This document shows, piece after piece, positions 1 to 10,604 of a stretch of DNA of 64,000 nucleotides. This stretch comes from an uncultured Gammaproteobacteria bacterium (lineage in GTDB: Bacteria; Pseudomonadota; Gammaproteobacteria; JACCXJ01). The notes under the pieces were generated by a model. It saw nothing but the letters and a program-made list of their open reading frames with translations. It made no database searches and was not told the origin of the DNA. Both the position numbers and the translations under genes were made by a program. Position 1 is the first letter of the stretch. Each line of letters starts with the position of its first letter. Location of the stretch: contig CAVXTM010000011.1 of assembly GCA_963764725.1 (NCBI GenBank), positions 192,001-256,000 of the forward strand, written 5' to 3'.

Positions 1-1609
1 TTGTCGTCCAGCCAAAACGCGCATCGAGGTTCGTTAAGGGGGTAATACGGCGCGTCCAGATCGCCGCTGCGCCGAAAAGGCTTTGGTTCTCCCCGCTTAA
101 TTGAAAATCGCGGCTTTCGTCAAACACAGAAAGGGTGATCTGATTACGTTCGGTTTGAAAAACCACACCGCTTGACAGACGTCTGCTTACGAAAACCTCG
201 TTCGTCTGTGTCGGGATACCGCCGTCCGGCAGTACCGGATCCCCGGTTACTGGGTCAACTGGGCTAATATTGATCCCACGTGAAAGAACCGCGCGCTCAA
301 TCTGTCTATCGCGCACGGTTTCCGCTTCTTCATCGTATCGTAACAGCCAGGTTGTGCGTTTGGTTTGATGGCTTAGGTTAACGGCGTATTGGTTACCGAA
401 AAATCTTTTACCGTAAGTGGCTTCAAGTGTTGTTCTCGCGGATGGCGTCCAACGCCCGCCAATATTCCAGATAATTGTATTATCTATGGGCTCACTACTC
501 GCGAAACTATTTTTTTCGTAGCCGAGATCACCCAAGAAGCGAACGGACGGACGATAAACGTACTCCAAACGGCCGACTATCTGCTCAAACTCGGTGGTTT
601 CCCCGGTATCGTAATCGATCTGTTCATTCTCGTAGGTAAGCGTCCACGGAAACCGCAGGTAGCGGCTACCGCTCCTCACATCAGCGCGGTAAGTCAGTGA
701 TCGGCTGTCGTCAATACTAATGTCCCCATTGGTATCTGAAGCGCTGACATCATCGTAGGTGAAACGCACCTCGGCGTCCGCGAAATTCCCGAAGCGCCGT
801 AGCAAGTAAGGGGCTATGCTATAAGTCGTTACATTCTCGCGATCGCCAGTCACATTAATGTTGTCGTCGGCATCATTTAGAGCCGCTGCCGGACCAAAAT
901 TTGAGAACGCGCCGCGCCCCGTCGTTATTACGTTTTGCTGGGTAAGCGTGGTGTTTGCATCCAAAAATATTAACTGCTCGAATAGCTCCGCATTCAGCGA
1001 TGAAAAAAGCCTATGAAAGGTGTCGTCGAGCTCAGGGTTGCTCGCGTACAAGAGGTGCTGCAAATTGTAATTTAATTCAAAGGCTAATCGCCGCGTGTTA
1101 CCAAGCACTTGAACACCGGGTTTCAATACCGTAACGAAGTCATCCCGCGTCTCAGAACTCGTCAGATCGATATTATCCGTGTATGTCTCGCCAAGCCTAA
1201 ACTCCGGGACAATTGTCCAGCCAGGACGGATGGTGTAGGCCGCATCCGCGTACGCCGGCTGATCGGAGAATTCATCGAATGCTACGGGCGCGGTAATATG
1301 CTTTGGTGTTGCGTCGCGTACTCGGCGCTGGGATCCGACGGTATCCTGTGTTGCCTCGGACTCGGGCTGTGGGCCTGCTGCTGATGCGACGGGGCAATTT
1401 AAGACGAGCAAAATCACGTTGGCTGCGATAATCCCAACACTTTCGCCCACTCTCCGAATACGGCTTGGATAACCGCCTACCACCGGTTTAAAACAAGGAA
1501 TCTCTTCCTTACCTCCTGATTTTTTTTGCCTCCTAGGAAGCGCCATTCGACTGATCACGCGCTCAGGTCCTAGTGGCCTCAGATTTCGCGCATGCTTGTG
1601 GTGGGCCAT
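1..1609 (-). CDS. PEP-CTERM/XrtA system-associated outer-membrane beta-barrel protein (TIGR03016-like), runs off the left edge
   Basis: Absent from the ORF track (no stop in window). Manual translation of segments from ATG 1609: ...WTIVPEFRLGETYTDNIDLTSSETRDDFVTVLKPGVQVLGNTRRLAFELNY...WTRRITPLTNLDARFGW. The ETYTDN motif and the position after wza/wzz/kinase are typical. Start uncertain. Confidence 0.8.
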   Translation of the reverse strand, partial: MAHHKHARNLRPLGPERVISRMALPRRQKKSGGKEEIPCFKPVVGGYPSRIRRVGESVGIIAANVILLVLNCPVASAAGPQPESEATQDTVGSQRRVRDATPKHITAPVAFDEFSDQPAYADAAYTIRPGWTIVPEFRLGETYTDNIDLTSSETRDDFVTVLKPGVQVLGNTRRLAFELNYNLQHLLYASNPELDDTFHRLFSSLNAELFEQLIFLDANTTLTQQNVITTGRGAFSNFGPAAALNDADDNINVTGDRENVTTYSIAPYLLRRFGNFADAEVRFTYDDVSASDTNGDISIDDSRSLTYRADVRSGSRYLRFPWTLTYENEQIDYDTGETTEFEQIVGRLEYVYRPSVRFLGDLGYEKNSFASSEPIDNTIIWNIGGRWTPSARTTLEATYGKRFFGNQYAVNLSHQTKRTTWLLRYDEEAETVRDRQIERAVLSRGINISPVDPVTGDPVLPDGGIPTQTNEVFVSRRLSSGVVFQTERNQITLSVFDESRDFQLSGENQSLFGAAAIWTRRITPLTNLDARFGWTT

Positions 1610-1861
1610 ACCAAACCGGAAAGAAATGCTACAAACGATGGGGTAATGGATTAGGGGCAAGCGCTTCTCAGTTGGATATTTTGCCCATACCGTTCTCAAG
1701 CTATCGATTCTTGTGCCGGTAACCCATCGGTCTTGCAGTACGGCACTTCTGTATTAGGGATTAGTCCAATTCGCCGCCGAGCTATATCCCGGTACTCTGA
1801 TCGCTTGAGCGTAACTAGAAGTTTACTTACTACTCAATAAATTACAAGGTTTTTGTTAGAT

Positions 1862-2776
1862 TTATTCTCGAACACAGCGGACTTTTGCATACTGTTCGTA
1901 ATAAATGGTTTCTGAGCGGTCAAGGCTTTTATTCAAAACGAGACCAATATTCTTTGCAAATTCAATTTGTTTTAGCCCGGTAAGGAGCTCTTTCTCCGTT
2001 GTCTGCTCCTCGTGCACTACAACAACCACCTGCCCCATATGTCGCGCGAGCGCACTCGATTCGCTCGCCGCAAGTAGCGGCGGACTATCAAAGACAAAAA
2101 CGCAATCAGCAAACTGCCGGGCCATCATTTCTAATAGACTGATCATTCGTTGACTTGAAAATAGTTCAGCGACATTCGGCATTCCTGTCCCCGCTGGGAT
2201 GACGTGCAGTCCGCTAATGTTTGTTCCCACTAGAGCATCGAGCACTGTTAGGTTGGGAGTGACAAGTAGATCCGTCAGGCCTAGCTTTGCCTCTATCCCC
2301 AGAATTTCAGCTACGTTGCCTTTCGCAACATCGGTATCAACCAAAACGATTCTGCGGTCAACTTCCATCGCGAGGTTGATCGCAAGATTAACCGCTAAAA
2401 ACGTCTTACCTTCGTCGGTTCGTGAACTTGTAATCATGATCAAATTTCGGCAATGATCATTATGCAACACGTTCATCGTCTCAATCGACCCACTCAATAA
2501 TCGACTCTTTATATGACGTAACTCTAGAGCGATGCGGCTGCTTGGCTCATCGGGCGTTATCATACCCAGTTGCTTGAGCTTGTTAAAATCCAAGCTCGTT
2601 TGCTGTTTTGCAGTGAAGTGCGGCGAAAAATACTCCTCTAGCACAGGTGGGTGGGCGGTACGAGTGAAACCTGCATCTTGAACTACCGCGTCCAAGGCGG
2701 GTTCTTTGAAGAACTCCGAAACGGCTTTTTCGATTAGATTCATAAGGTCATCTGCGTACCTTAAACAGCCAGGCAT
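1862..2776 (-). CDS. Polysaccharide biosynthesis tyrosine autokinase (Wzc/CpsD-like kinase domain, XrtA-associated type)
   Basis: Walker A SSRTDEGKT, Walker A' VLVDTD, Walker B FVFDSPP, C-terminal Tyr cluster IYYEQY. Confidence 0.9.
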   Translation of the reverse strand: MPGCLRYADDLMNLIEKAVSEFFKEPALDAVVQDAGFTRTAHPPVLEEYFSPHFTAKQQTSLDFNKLKQLGMITPDEPSSRIALELRHIKSRLLSGSIETMNVLHNDHCRNLIMITSSRTDEGKTFLAVNLAINLAMEVDRRIVLVDTDVAKGNVAEILGIEAKLGLTDLLVTPNLTVLDALVGTNISGLHVIPAGTGMPNVAELFSSQRMISLLEMMARQFADCVFVFDSPPLLAASESSALARHMGQVVVVVHEEQTTEKELLTGLKQIEFAKNIGLVLNKSLDRSETIYYEQYAKVRCVRE

Positions 2777-2809
2777 TCCCTAACCGAGATTGATATTTCC
2801 GTGAAACTC

Positions 2810-4366
2810 TCATCCGCCAAAACCATATCCCGCTAAATTCATAAGCATATCAACCCTTAGCAAGTACATGGCGTTGAGCGTCACATAAAGCACCAGCAAC
2901 ACACCAATACCGAAAAAGAAAGAAACGTCTACAAACGGCTTGTACGATTTAAGTTTACCGGTTCCAGCGTTGTAAGATACGGTACCGAGTACGGGTATGC
3001 TTACTAGTTTTTCCAACCCCCTACGGGTATAAATCACCGGGTTACTGAGCGCGAGGGCCAACGCCAGCGCCACCCCGGATGCCACCGCGATTGCAAACAC
3101 CGCAGCATTGAAAACCAATCGACGGGGCCCAATCGGAGTCGTCGGTAATCTAGGCCATTCCAAAACCTTTACCTTCCCTTTTGCCGCCTTATCAGATAGC
3201 GTCGCGATCTCTAGCCCTTCCGCGAGCGTTCGGTATTTTCCCCGCTGCACGGTATAGTCTCGATTCAAATTTGCTAATTCCGCTTCGACCTGAGGTATAG
3301 CGATTACGTTTTGCTCCAGGGCATCACGGCGACGCTTATGCTCTGCAACACGCGCTCGTAATGCGGCGGCGTTCGCCTCGGCTTTACTGAGCTGAAGCTT
3401 TAAGCCCTGGTAGGCCGGGTTATAATCGAGAGAGTTTAGGTGTTGTTCGCCGGTGGAAGCTAGATTTCTTGCCTCATCAGAGGTTTTTGCGGTCAATTCG
3501 TCCAGTAACTTTTTGGCGGCGATCACGTCGGGGTGTTTATCCGTAAACTTCAGCTGCAGTTCAGTAAGTTTTGTCTGCTGCGCCTTTAATTGCTCAAAAA
3601 CAGGATTCTGAACACCGCCCGCCTCCAGTGCTTTAAAACTATTCAGCTGAGCCCGAATAGAACTTGCGCTAACTTCTGCCTCATTTAGTTCAAGCACGGC
3701 ATTTCTATATTGATTCCTTCCTTCTTCCAATCTGCCATAGTAGCTTCGCCCATCATCAGGCATCAAACCAATGTTCTTCTGTTTAAATTCTTTGAGCCTT
3801 TGTTCCGCTTCCTGCAGTTTTGTCTCGTTTTCTTTGAGCTGTTTTCTAATAAATCGCTGCGCGGTTTCCGCATCATTTTTGCTCGCTTTGGTGAGCGTTT
3901 CTATAAACATTTGGACCGTAGTCCGCACAATGGAACGCGCTACCCTCGGATCCGTGTGTTGGTACGCGATGTTATAAACACCCTGTTGATCAGCAGGCGA
4001 ATTAATCTCAAATGAGTCTTTTATTTTATTAATCACCGAATCAAATTTCGACAGCGTTACTTTGGTTTTATCGATACCTGCTACTGCCGCCAGCTTCTCC
4101 AAATTTGGCCTAACGAATAACGCGTGACGCATCATGATTGCCATTTCATCGGCTGCAGCGCTTTGAAGGGCAAGATCTTTAAGCAAAGGCTGCAATAGTG
4201 ATGTCTTTTCGATGTAGAGCACAGCTATCGATTGGTACTTGTTTGGAACTATCGCCACGCCAATCCATCCGATTAGACACACAACGAATGCGCAGATCAA
4301 AGCCAGCCAACGATGGCGCCATCCCATCCGTAGATAGGTCTTCGCATCTTCCAACATTTCGTGCAT
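2810..4366 (-). CDS. Polysaccharide chain-length determinant / co-polymerase (Wzz/Wzc-N, XrtA type)
   Basis: N-terminal TM after WRHRW, long coiled coil with FTDKHPDV motif, Pro-rich PRLPTTPIGP before C-terminal TMs, IPVLGTV. Confidence 0.9.
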   Translation of the reverse strand: MHEMLEDAKTYLRMGWRHRWLALICAFVVCLIGWIGVAIVPNKYQSIAVLYIEKTSLLQPLLKDLALQSAAADEMAIMMRHALFVRPNLEKLAAVAGIDKTKVTLSKFDSVINKIKDSFEINSPADQQGVYNIAYQHTDPRVARSIVRTTVQMFIETLTKASKNDAETAQRFIRKQLKENETKLQEAEQRLKEFKQKNIGLMPDDGRSYYGRLEEGRNQYRNAVLELNEAEVSASSIRAQLNSFKALEAGGVQNPVFEQLKAQQTKLTELQLKFTDKHPDVIAAKKLLDELTAKTSDEARNLASTGEQHLNSLDYNPAYQGLKLQLSKAEANAAALRARVAEHKRRRDALEQNVIAIPQVEAELANLNRDYTVQRGKYRTLAEGLEIATLSDKAAKGKVKVLEWPRLPTTPIGPRRLVFNAAVFAIAVASGVALALALALSNPVIYTRRGLEKLVSIPVLGTVSYNAGTGKLKSYKPFVDVSFFFGIGVLLVLYVTLNAMYLLRVDMLMNLAGYGFGG

Positions 4367-4413
4367 GGTTATTCGTCCAAGCTATACCGCAACAAAAACT
4401 GTCAGAACTACAA

Positions 4414-5139
4414 TCAAAACCAAGCTTCAGGAATGATTAGGACATCGCCGGGGTGCACTCTAACATTGGCACTCATGTCTCCCGTCTGTACAAGGTCTTC
4501 CAATCTGACTATCGTTTCGATCTTTTTGCCATTAACCGTCCTAACGAGTTTGGCGCTATTTCCGTCGGCGAAGGGCGTAAGACCTTGAACGAGGATCATA
4601 ACGTCTAATAAGGTCATATTATTCCGATAGGGTAATGCCTTGGGCTTGACTGCTTCACCGACCACCCTGATCTGTTCGGCGTATTGACCTACAAAACTAA
4701 CGACTGTAACGGTCACGATGGGATCGCGAATATATTCCGCAATCGCTGCCTTAATACCCTGAGCGAGTTGATTGGATGTCTTCCCACTGGCGACGATGTC
4801 CCCTCCAAGGGGCACGGCGATTTTGCCATCCGGCCGCACTGGAATGCCCTTGACCGAGACTTCAGGGTTTTGCCACACAAAGATGTTTAACTCGTCACCC
4901 GGACCGATCAGATACTCATAGTTCCGTTTCTCTGAATCATTTAACGTGATAGCAGATTTCTCAGAAAAAAAACTACAGGATGTAATAAGGACCGCACACA
5001 TAGACGCAACTAAACGAACGAATAATTTATGAAGCAATCGAAAGTACTCTTCGGGTGATGAACCATCAGAACGTCTTGTATTAATCTCGGGGTGGTGTTT
5101 TTTCGGCATGACGGCTATGCTATTTCTGTGGTTAAACAT
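4414..5139 (-). CDS. wza: Polysaccharide export lipoprotein (Wza/OPX family, XrtA type)
   Basis: Lipobox-like LITSC, YLIGPGDEL, VRPDGKIAVPL Poly_export motif, SLBB domain, C-terminal PEAWF. True start may be downstream. Confidence 0.88.
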   Translation of the reverse strand: MFNHRNSIAVMPKKHHPEINTRRSDGSSPEEYFRLLHKLFVRLVASMCAVLITSCSFFSEKSAITLNDSEKRNYEYLIGPGDELNIFVWQNPEVSVKGIPVRPDGKIAVPLGGDIVASGKTSNQLAQGIKAAIAEYIRDPIVTVTVVSFVGQYAEQIRVVGEAVKPKALPYRNNMTLLDVMILVQGLTPFADGNSAKLVRTVNGKKIETIVRLEDLVQTGDMSANVRVHPGDVLIIPEAWF

Positions 5140-5519
5140 AATGTGTCGAGAGACCGTATCCGTAATAGGATTTTAATGAATCGCTTGCCATAAACATCGA
5201 TCGCCGGGCAGGCTAATCACGAACAACGCGGTGCTCGCTTTTTACAAGAATTTAGTGTACCGAACACCCATTCTCAAGGGATCCTGTCGTCCATGCACGC
5301 CAGAAGAAAACTAGTCTTGAACGCAGACATCTGAAAAATCCCTTTAGAATCTCTCTAGCACTCTTTGCACAAATGACCACTCCAGCCGTTTGCGTCAGAA
5401 TTGGCAAATCCATCATCGGACAATACTACATTTGCTTTTTCACCCGTTCCAAGAACCAGTCCCCGCCGCCGCTTAAATACGTCCTCTTTCAATTCTAAGT
5501 CCGCTCCCCTCCATAGGCA

Positions 5520-5535
5520 AGCAAACTAAGGACCA
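5520..5535 (-). promoter_or_regulatory. Putative sigma-54 (-24/-12) promoter facing wza
   Basis: Minus strand TGGTCCTTAGTTTGCT = GG-N10-GC with TGG...TTGCT context. Motif only. Confidence 0.4.
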
Positions 5536-5971
5536 GTCACAGAACTCGATGCATTTCCAAGCGGTACGAATATATCGCAGCAGCGGTTCACCACCAAACG
5601 GACCCAATTTGCCGTTCAGACAACCGGGGCCACCTCAAACTATTGCAACATTCCGGAGGTTTCACAGTTGGCGGTTTTATTTGCCGTCCATTAGACGTGT
5701 GCGATCAACGACATTCAATACCCAAAAAAGGCTCCAGTATTTCCGAGTCCCAGCAGGGCCTGGCAGAGGCCTCGAGATTTAGGCGCTAAGCCCACTTGCC
5801 ACGCCGGCGTAGTGAAAGGCCGACTTATCGATAACGCTTGGCCGCCAAGAACGATTCGTCGTGAAATAACAACGCCGCCACCCCTACTAAAGTTCAAGCA
5901 TCGGACGCGGATACATGACAGGATCGAATCGTGTTGTTAGCAAGAGGGGATAGACAGCAAAGAAGTAGAGA

Positions 5972-6065
5972 GCACTGAAAAAGGCAAACCATCTGAAAGG
6001 ATGGCACGCAAAGCTACTGGCCTAAACCCCAATTGTCGGAGGGCATGGTCGCAGGGTTGCCAGGC
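5972..6065 (+). ncRNA. Cyclic di-GMP-I (GEMM) riboswitch aptamer
   Basis: GGCAAACC-ATCT-GAAA-GGAT-GG-CACGCAAAGC-TACTGG-CCTAAA...ATGGTCGCAGGGTTGCC matches the GEMM layout (P2 with GAAA tetraloop, ACGCAAAGC junction, CCTAAA receptor, GGTTGCC end). G at the G20-equivalent position indicates c-di-GMP rather than c-AMP-GMP. Confidence 0.9.
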
Positions 6066-6072
6066 GATCAAA

Positions 6073-6135
6073 CAGTACCTCCTGTGTGTGCTGGGCGTTT
6101 CGCTAGGCGCACATCGACAGTACAAGGAGGTACTG
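6073..6135 (+). promoter_or_regulatory. Riboswitch expression platform: RBS-sequestering hairpin
   Basis: CAGTACCTCCT (6073-6083) is the exact reverse complement of AGGAGGTACTG (6125-6135), which contains the SD of the ATG at 6137. Confidence 0.75.
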
Positions 6136-6263
6136 AATGTTTAGTATTACGTCACGCCTCAACATCACCAGAACTTTAGGTTCAATGGTGATGTTGGGAA
6201 TCATGTTATTTTTCTGTAGTACCTACGCCTACGCCGGCCAAGTCTCTTTGGCCTGGGATGCCA

Positions 6264-7649
6264 GAGAAATAGTCAAATGTTGTGTACGGAGCTAGGTTAG
6301 GCGGCGATTCTTTCGGGGTCTTCCCATAGGCCGTCTTTGAAAATAACTCCCTCGATGACTTGAGCGAGGCGGGGAATTCCATACAGTTTCCGCCAATGTC
6401 GCTCGGCACTTTTTACCAACATGAATACCATCGCCAAAATGCTTTCTCGAGACACGCAGCCGCGGGTTTTGTTGGTGCGCAGCCGGACCGTAGCAAAGGT
6501 GGATTCGATCGGATTCGTGGTCCGAAGATGGATCCAGTGCTCTGCCGGAAAATCGTAGAAGGCCAACAGTGACCCCCGATCTTTTTCCAAACACTCCGCA
6601 GCTTTCGGATACTTGGGACGGTAGAGGATCAGAAAGCGATCGAAGGCGCGCTCGGCCTCCTGCCGGGTGGCTGCCATCCAGATCTCCTGCAGCGCCGCCT
6701 TGGCCTTAGGTTGCTGGCTCTTGGGTAGCTTGTTGAGCACGTTGGCAGTCTTGTGTACCCAACAGCGTTGACCACGGGTCATGCCGAAGACTTGCGGTAA
6801 TGCCTTCCAGAATCCCAAGGCCCCATCGCCGGTGGCCAGATGCGGATCGAGCTTCAAGCCACGGGCTTTCAGATCCAATAGCACTTCCCGCCAGGACGCT
6901 TCACTTTCCCGATAGCCATCGGCGAGCGTCACCAATTCTTTCTTACCCTCAGCCGTCGCGCCGATCACCACCAGAATGCACTGGGCCGCATCTTCCAGCC
7001 GTACCCCGAAATGGATACCGTCAACCCATAGATACACATAGCGCCGGTTCGATAGATCGCGCCGTGACCAGCGCGCGTGCTCGTCTTGCCATACCGCCTT
7101 GAGCCGACCGATCGTGCTGGCCGACAAGCCCGGCGCCTCTCGCCCCAACAAAGCCGTCAGCGCCTCCTGAAAATCACCTGTCGAGATCCCCTTCAAGTAT
7201 AACCAGGGCAATAGTTCCTCCAGCGTCTTGGTGCGCCGTATATAGGGTGGCAATATCGAGGAGTTATACCGGATCGTCTTTTCCCGGTCCCGAACCCGCG
7301 GTATTTTCACCTCCACCGCTCCCACACCGGTTTGTATCGTCCGTCCCGGCAGATGACCGTTACGTACCACACGCTGGCGTCCTTCCGCCGTTTCCTGTCC
7401 CATGAAACCTTCCAGAAAAACCGCAACTTCCGCTTCAATCGCAGCCGCTAGCATCCGTTGGGCACCCGCCCGCAGAATCTCTGTGAGCGCATCCGCGACC
7501 GGAGCCGGCGTCCCTGGATTCTTCAACGCAATTACTTTATCTTCACTCATGGCGTATTCACTCCTTTCAGTAGGAATTGATGACCTTGAAGACCATCAAG
7601 AATACGCCGCCTCCTTTACTCCTTCATCCACAACTTTCAATCATAACTC
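6264..7649 (-). mobile_element. IS256-family insertion sequence, complete (1386 bp)
   Basis: Imperfect terminal IRs GAGTTATGATTGAAAGTTGTG / GAGAAATAGTCAAATGTTGTG; 9 bp TSD GGGATGCCA at 6255-6263 and 7650-7658. Confidence 0.95.
6297..7550 (-). CDS. IS256-family (mutator) DDE transposase
   Basis: YLWVDG, TGDGALGF, QRCWVHK, LRTTNPIES motifs; intact 417 aa. Confidence 0.95.
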   Translation of the reverse strand: MSEDKVIALKNPGTPAPVADALTEILRAGAQRMLAAAIEAEVAVFLEGFMGQETAEGRQRVVRNGHLPGRTIQTGVGAVEVKIPRVRDREKTIRYNSSILPPYIRRTKTLEELLPWLYLKGISTGDFQEALTALLGREAPGLSASTIGRLKAVWQDEHARWSRRDLSNRRYVYLWVDGIHFGVRLEDAAQCILVVIGATAEGKKELVTLADGYRESEASWREVLLDLKARGLKLDPHLATGDGALGFWKALPQVFGMTRGQRCWVHKTANVLNKLPKSQQPKAKAALQEIWMAATRQEAERAFDRFLILYRPKYPKAAECLEKDRGSLLAFYDFPAEHWIHLRTTNPIESTFATVRLRTNKTRGCVSRESILAMVFMLVKSAERHWRKLYGIPRLAQVIEGVIFKDGLWEDPERIAA

Positions 7650-9087
7650 GGGATGCCAACACCGAGCCTGCACTCGGGGGCTATCAACTCCATTACGGCC
7701 AAACTAGCGGTAATTACACCGCTAACGTCGATGTGGGTAACACGACCAGCTACACCCTCGCCAGTCTCCAAGATGGCGCAACCTATTACTTCGCCCTCAA
7801 GGCCCATGATACTACCAGGGCGATCTGGAACGGATTCTCCAACGAGGTCAGTAAAACCATTCCCGTATCGACCATCGCCCCAACGGCGAGCTTTAACGCG
7901 AATCCTACCTCCGGCATGGCACCCTTGACCGTCACCTTCGCCGATACCTCCACCGGTACTATCAGCACCCGGTCTTTGGACTTCGGCGATAGCAGCACGA
8001 GCACCGCCACCTCGGGTGCGAAAACCTATTCGACGCCCGGCCCTTATACCATGAGCTTGACCGTTACAGGTTCCGGGGGCAGCAGCACAGCGACTAAAAC
8101 GATTTCAGCAACCGCCGCAGCGCCCGTCGCTAGTTTCACGGCCAGCCCGACCTCGGGCACGGTTCCCTTAGCGATCAACTTCGCCAACAATTCCACCGGC
8201 AATGTGACCTCCTATTCCTGGAGTTTCGGCGACGGTAGCTCCAGTACCGTTCAGAACCCCACCCATACCTATTACACCGCTGGAACTTATCCAGTGAGCC
8301 TGACCGCAACCGGCCCGGGTGGACCCAGCACCCAGACCCAAACCGGTTATATCACGGTCTCCTCAGTGACAGGAGGAGGAAGTTCCACGGGGCTCGTGGC
8401 CGCTTACAACTTCGAGGAAGCGAGCGGTACGACTGTGGCCGATGCCTCCGGCAAGGGTAACCACGGTACCATTAGCGGTGCTTCTCGTATCAACTCGGGA
8501 CGGTTTGGTAGAGCCCTTTCCTTCGACGGGGTTAATGATTGGGTCACGATCAATGATGCCGCTTCCCTCGATCTCACCAACGGCATGACGCTTGAAGCCT
8601 GGGTCTATCCCACCGTCAACATGACCCAATGGGCAACAGTGATCCTGAAAGAGCAGTCTGGCGGCGGCCTGTACGAGCTCTACGCCAACGGCGACCAGAG
8701 TCAACCTCTGACCTCGGTCACGGTGGCAGGGCAGTATCAAGTGCTCTCCGGCGGGCCCTGGCTGTTCGCCAACCAATGGACCCATCTCGCGGCCACCTAC
8801 AATGGCACCACCGAGCGTCTCTACGTCAACGGCACCCAAGTCGCTCAACAGCCACAAACAGGCCCGATCGAGGTGTCGAGTGGTCCGCTGCGCCTAGGTG
8901 GCAATAGCATCTGGGGCGAGTTCTTCAAAGGCCGTATCGACGAGGTCCGTATCTATAACCGTGCCTTGAGTGCCAAGGAGATCCAAACCGATAGGGACAC
9001 CTCGGTCGCGACCTCCTCGCCCCCGGTCACCTTGGTGGGAACCAAGACCGTTGGGTCGGTGACTGACTCTAACCCCCAGGGTAAGCC

Positions 9088-10604
9088 CTGTCTATTGATC
9101 GGATGTTCTACATAGATCGAGGGCGAGCACGTGCGCCTCGACGCGCTCGGACAATCGAAACAGGCCGTACCAAATTGCTTGCCACCCGGGCCGACCGGAG
9201 CGCTGCGTGTTCATCCAACCGCCAAGCTTGGCGATGGCCCGGTAAGCCCACTCAGCGCTCGGCGGCTGAGCGGGCGGCGCCACTTTGTGGACGGTCATGT
9301 AGAGCACGCACCATTCCGTTGTGGTCAGCATCGTGTCACAGGGCTGCTGGGCCAGTGTGCGTTGGGGCTGTCCTTGCCGAGGCGTCGGCGGGTAGACCAG
9401 CTCTTGGAGCTGCAATAACCGGATTGCCACAAAGGCCAAGATGATCACGCCGCGTTCGAGATTGTTGGCCGAGCGCGGCCGCAGCTCCTCGACACGAGTC
9501 CCGGACTTCCAGGCTTTATGAAAGTCCTCTATCCGCCAACGACGGCTGTAGGTCCACAGAATGTTGAGTGCGTCCTCCCGCGTACTCACCGCTTCAGTCG
9601 TCAGCAGTAGCCACTCCAACGCCTCGACACCCGCGGGCGCAGCTTCTTCTCGGACCAACAACCCATAGCAGCGGATCGTGTCCTGCACACCCATGCGCGC
9701 CGGACAGACAGTCTCCACCGCTTTTGCGCGCAGCGATACTTGCGCGCGCCGCGCCGGTCGGCCACCGCGCTGCGGGATCTCAATCTCTTGCGTGCCCAGC
9801 CACGGCGCCTGCTCCAGCGTGATCCACAATCGCTGCGGAGCGCCCGATACGCTTCGGTCATGTGCAGCGCGCACCACGTAGCGACCACCCACCTGCTGCT
9901 GCCAAAGCAAATACTCGGTGATGTCGGCCTCCCGGTCGCACACCGAAATGACCCCGCCCGTACGGCTTGCCCGGCCCGTTGCCATTTGAAGCTCTCTTTG
10001 TCTTCGTACGCACGGCGCTTGCGCTGGTGCTTCTTGCCATGCTCCTCGACTGCCCGTTTCCAGCGCCGCTGTTCAATCAAACCCACCGTCGCACCACTGT
10101 CGCCATCGAGCAATACCACGCTGTGCACGATGAAACCCTTGTTCACCGCTTGCACATTGTTGCCGGTCGCGCCCAATTCTCCGGCCACGCTGTGCCGGTA
10201 GACCAACGATGTGCTGTCTTCCACCGCTAACAACACCTCGCAGGTGCCCGCACGGCGCACCGTCGCCTGAAATCCGCCTTCGGCTATCGCCCCAGGATCG
10301 ACCTCGTCATTGCGTAACAACCGATACATCCCTTCCGCCGCTGCCTCATCGCCATCACAGGCTTTGAGCAATGACGACCCGGCATGCCGCGCAAGATCCC
10401 CAGCCATCCTCACGAGTCGTGCGCTTCGACGCTTGTCACCCAGATCACTGCTCCCGAAATTCTCCCGCGCCCACTGTTCTGCATCGGTGACTACAAACAT
10501 CGTCTATCCCCCCGCGTGATGATGAAAATAACCGATCCGATCGGCTCACTTCATAAAAGTTCCACCGCGCCGCAGAGAACGCAAAAGATGTGTAGGAAAG
10601 TCAG
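9088..10604 (-). mobile_element. IS4-family IS50/Tn5-like element (1517 bp) with frameshifted transposase
   Basis: Ends CTGTCTATTGATCGGATGT (IS50 inside-end-like) and CTGACTTTCCTACACATC (outside-end-like); 10 bp TSD AGGGTAAGCC / AGGGTAAGGC (1 mismatch). Confidence 0.9.
9092..10500 (-). pseudogene. IS50-type transposase split by a frameshift near 9960
   Basis: Frame 1 LGDKRRSARL...VEDSTSL...KESFKW; frame 2 VISVCDREADI...YSRRWRIEDFHKAWKSG (IS4 YREK signature). Confidence 0.88.

Noticed and set aside
7577-9115. 512 aa ORF as an independent gene
   Set aside because: It starts inside the IS256 end and stops inside the IS50-like end; it is the middle of the interrupted gene 6137-11011. Translation from the IS-borne start cannot be excluded, but the product would lack a signal peptide.
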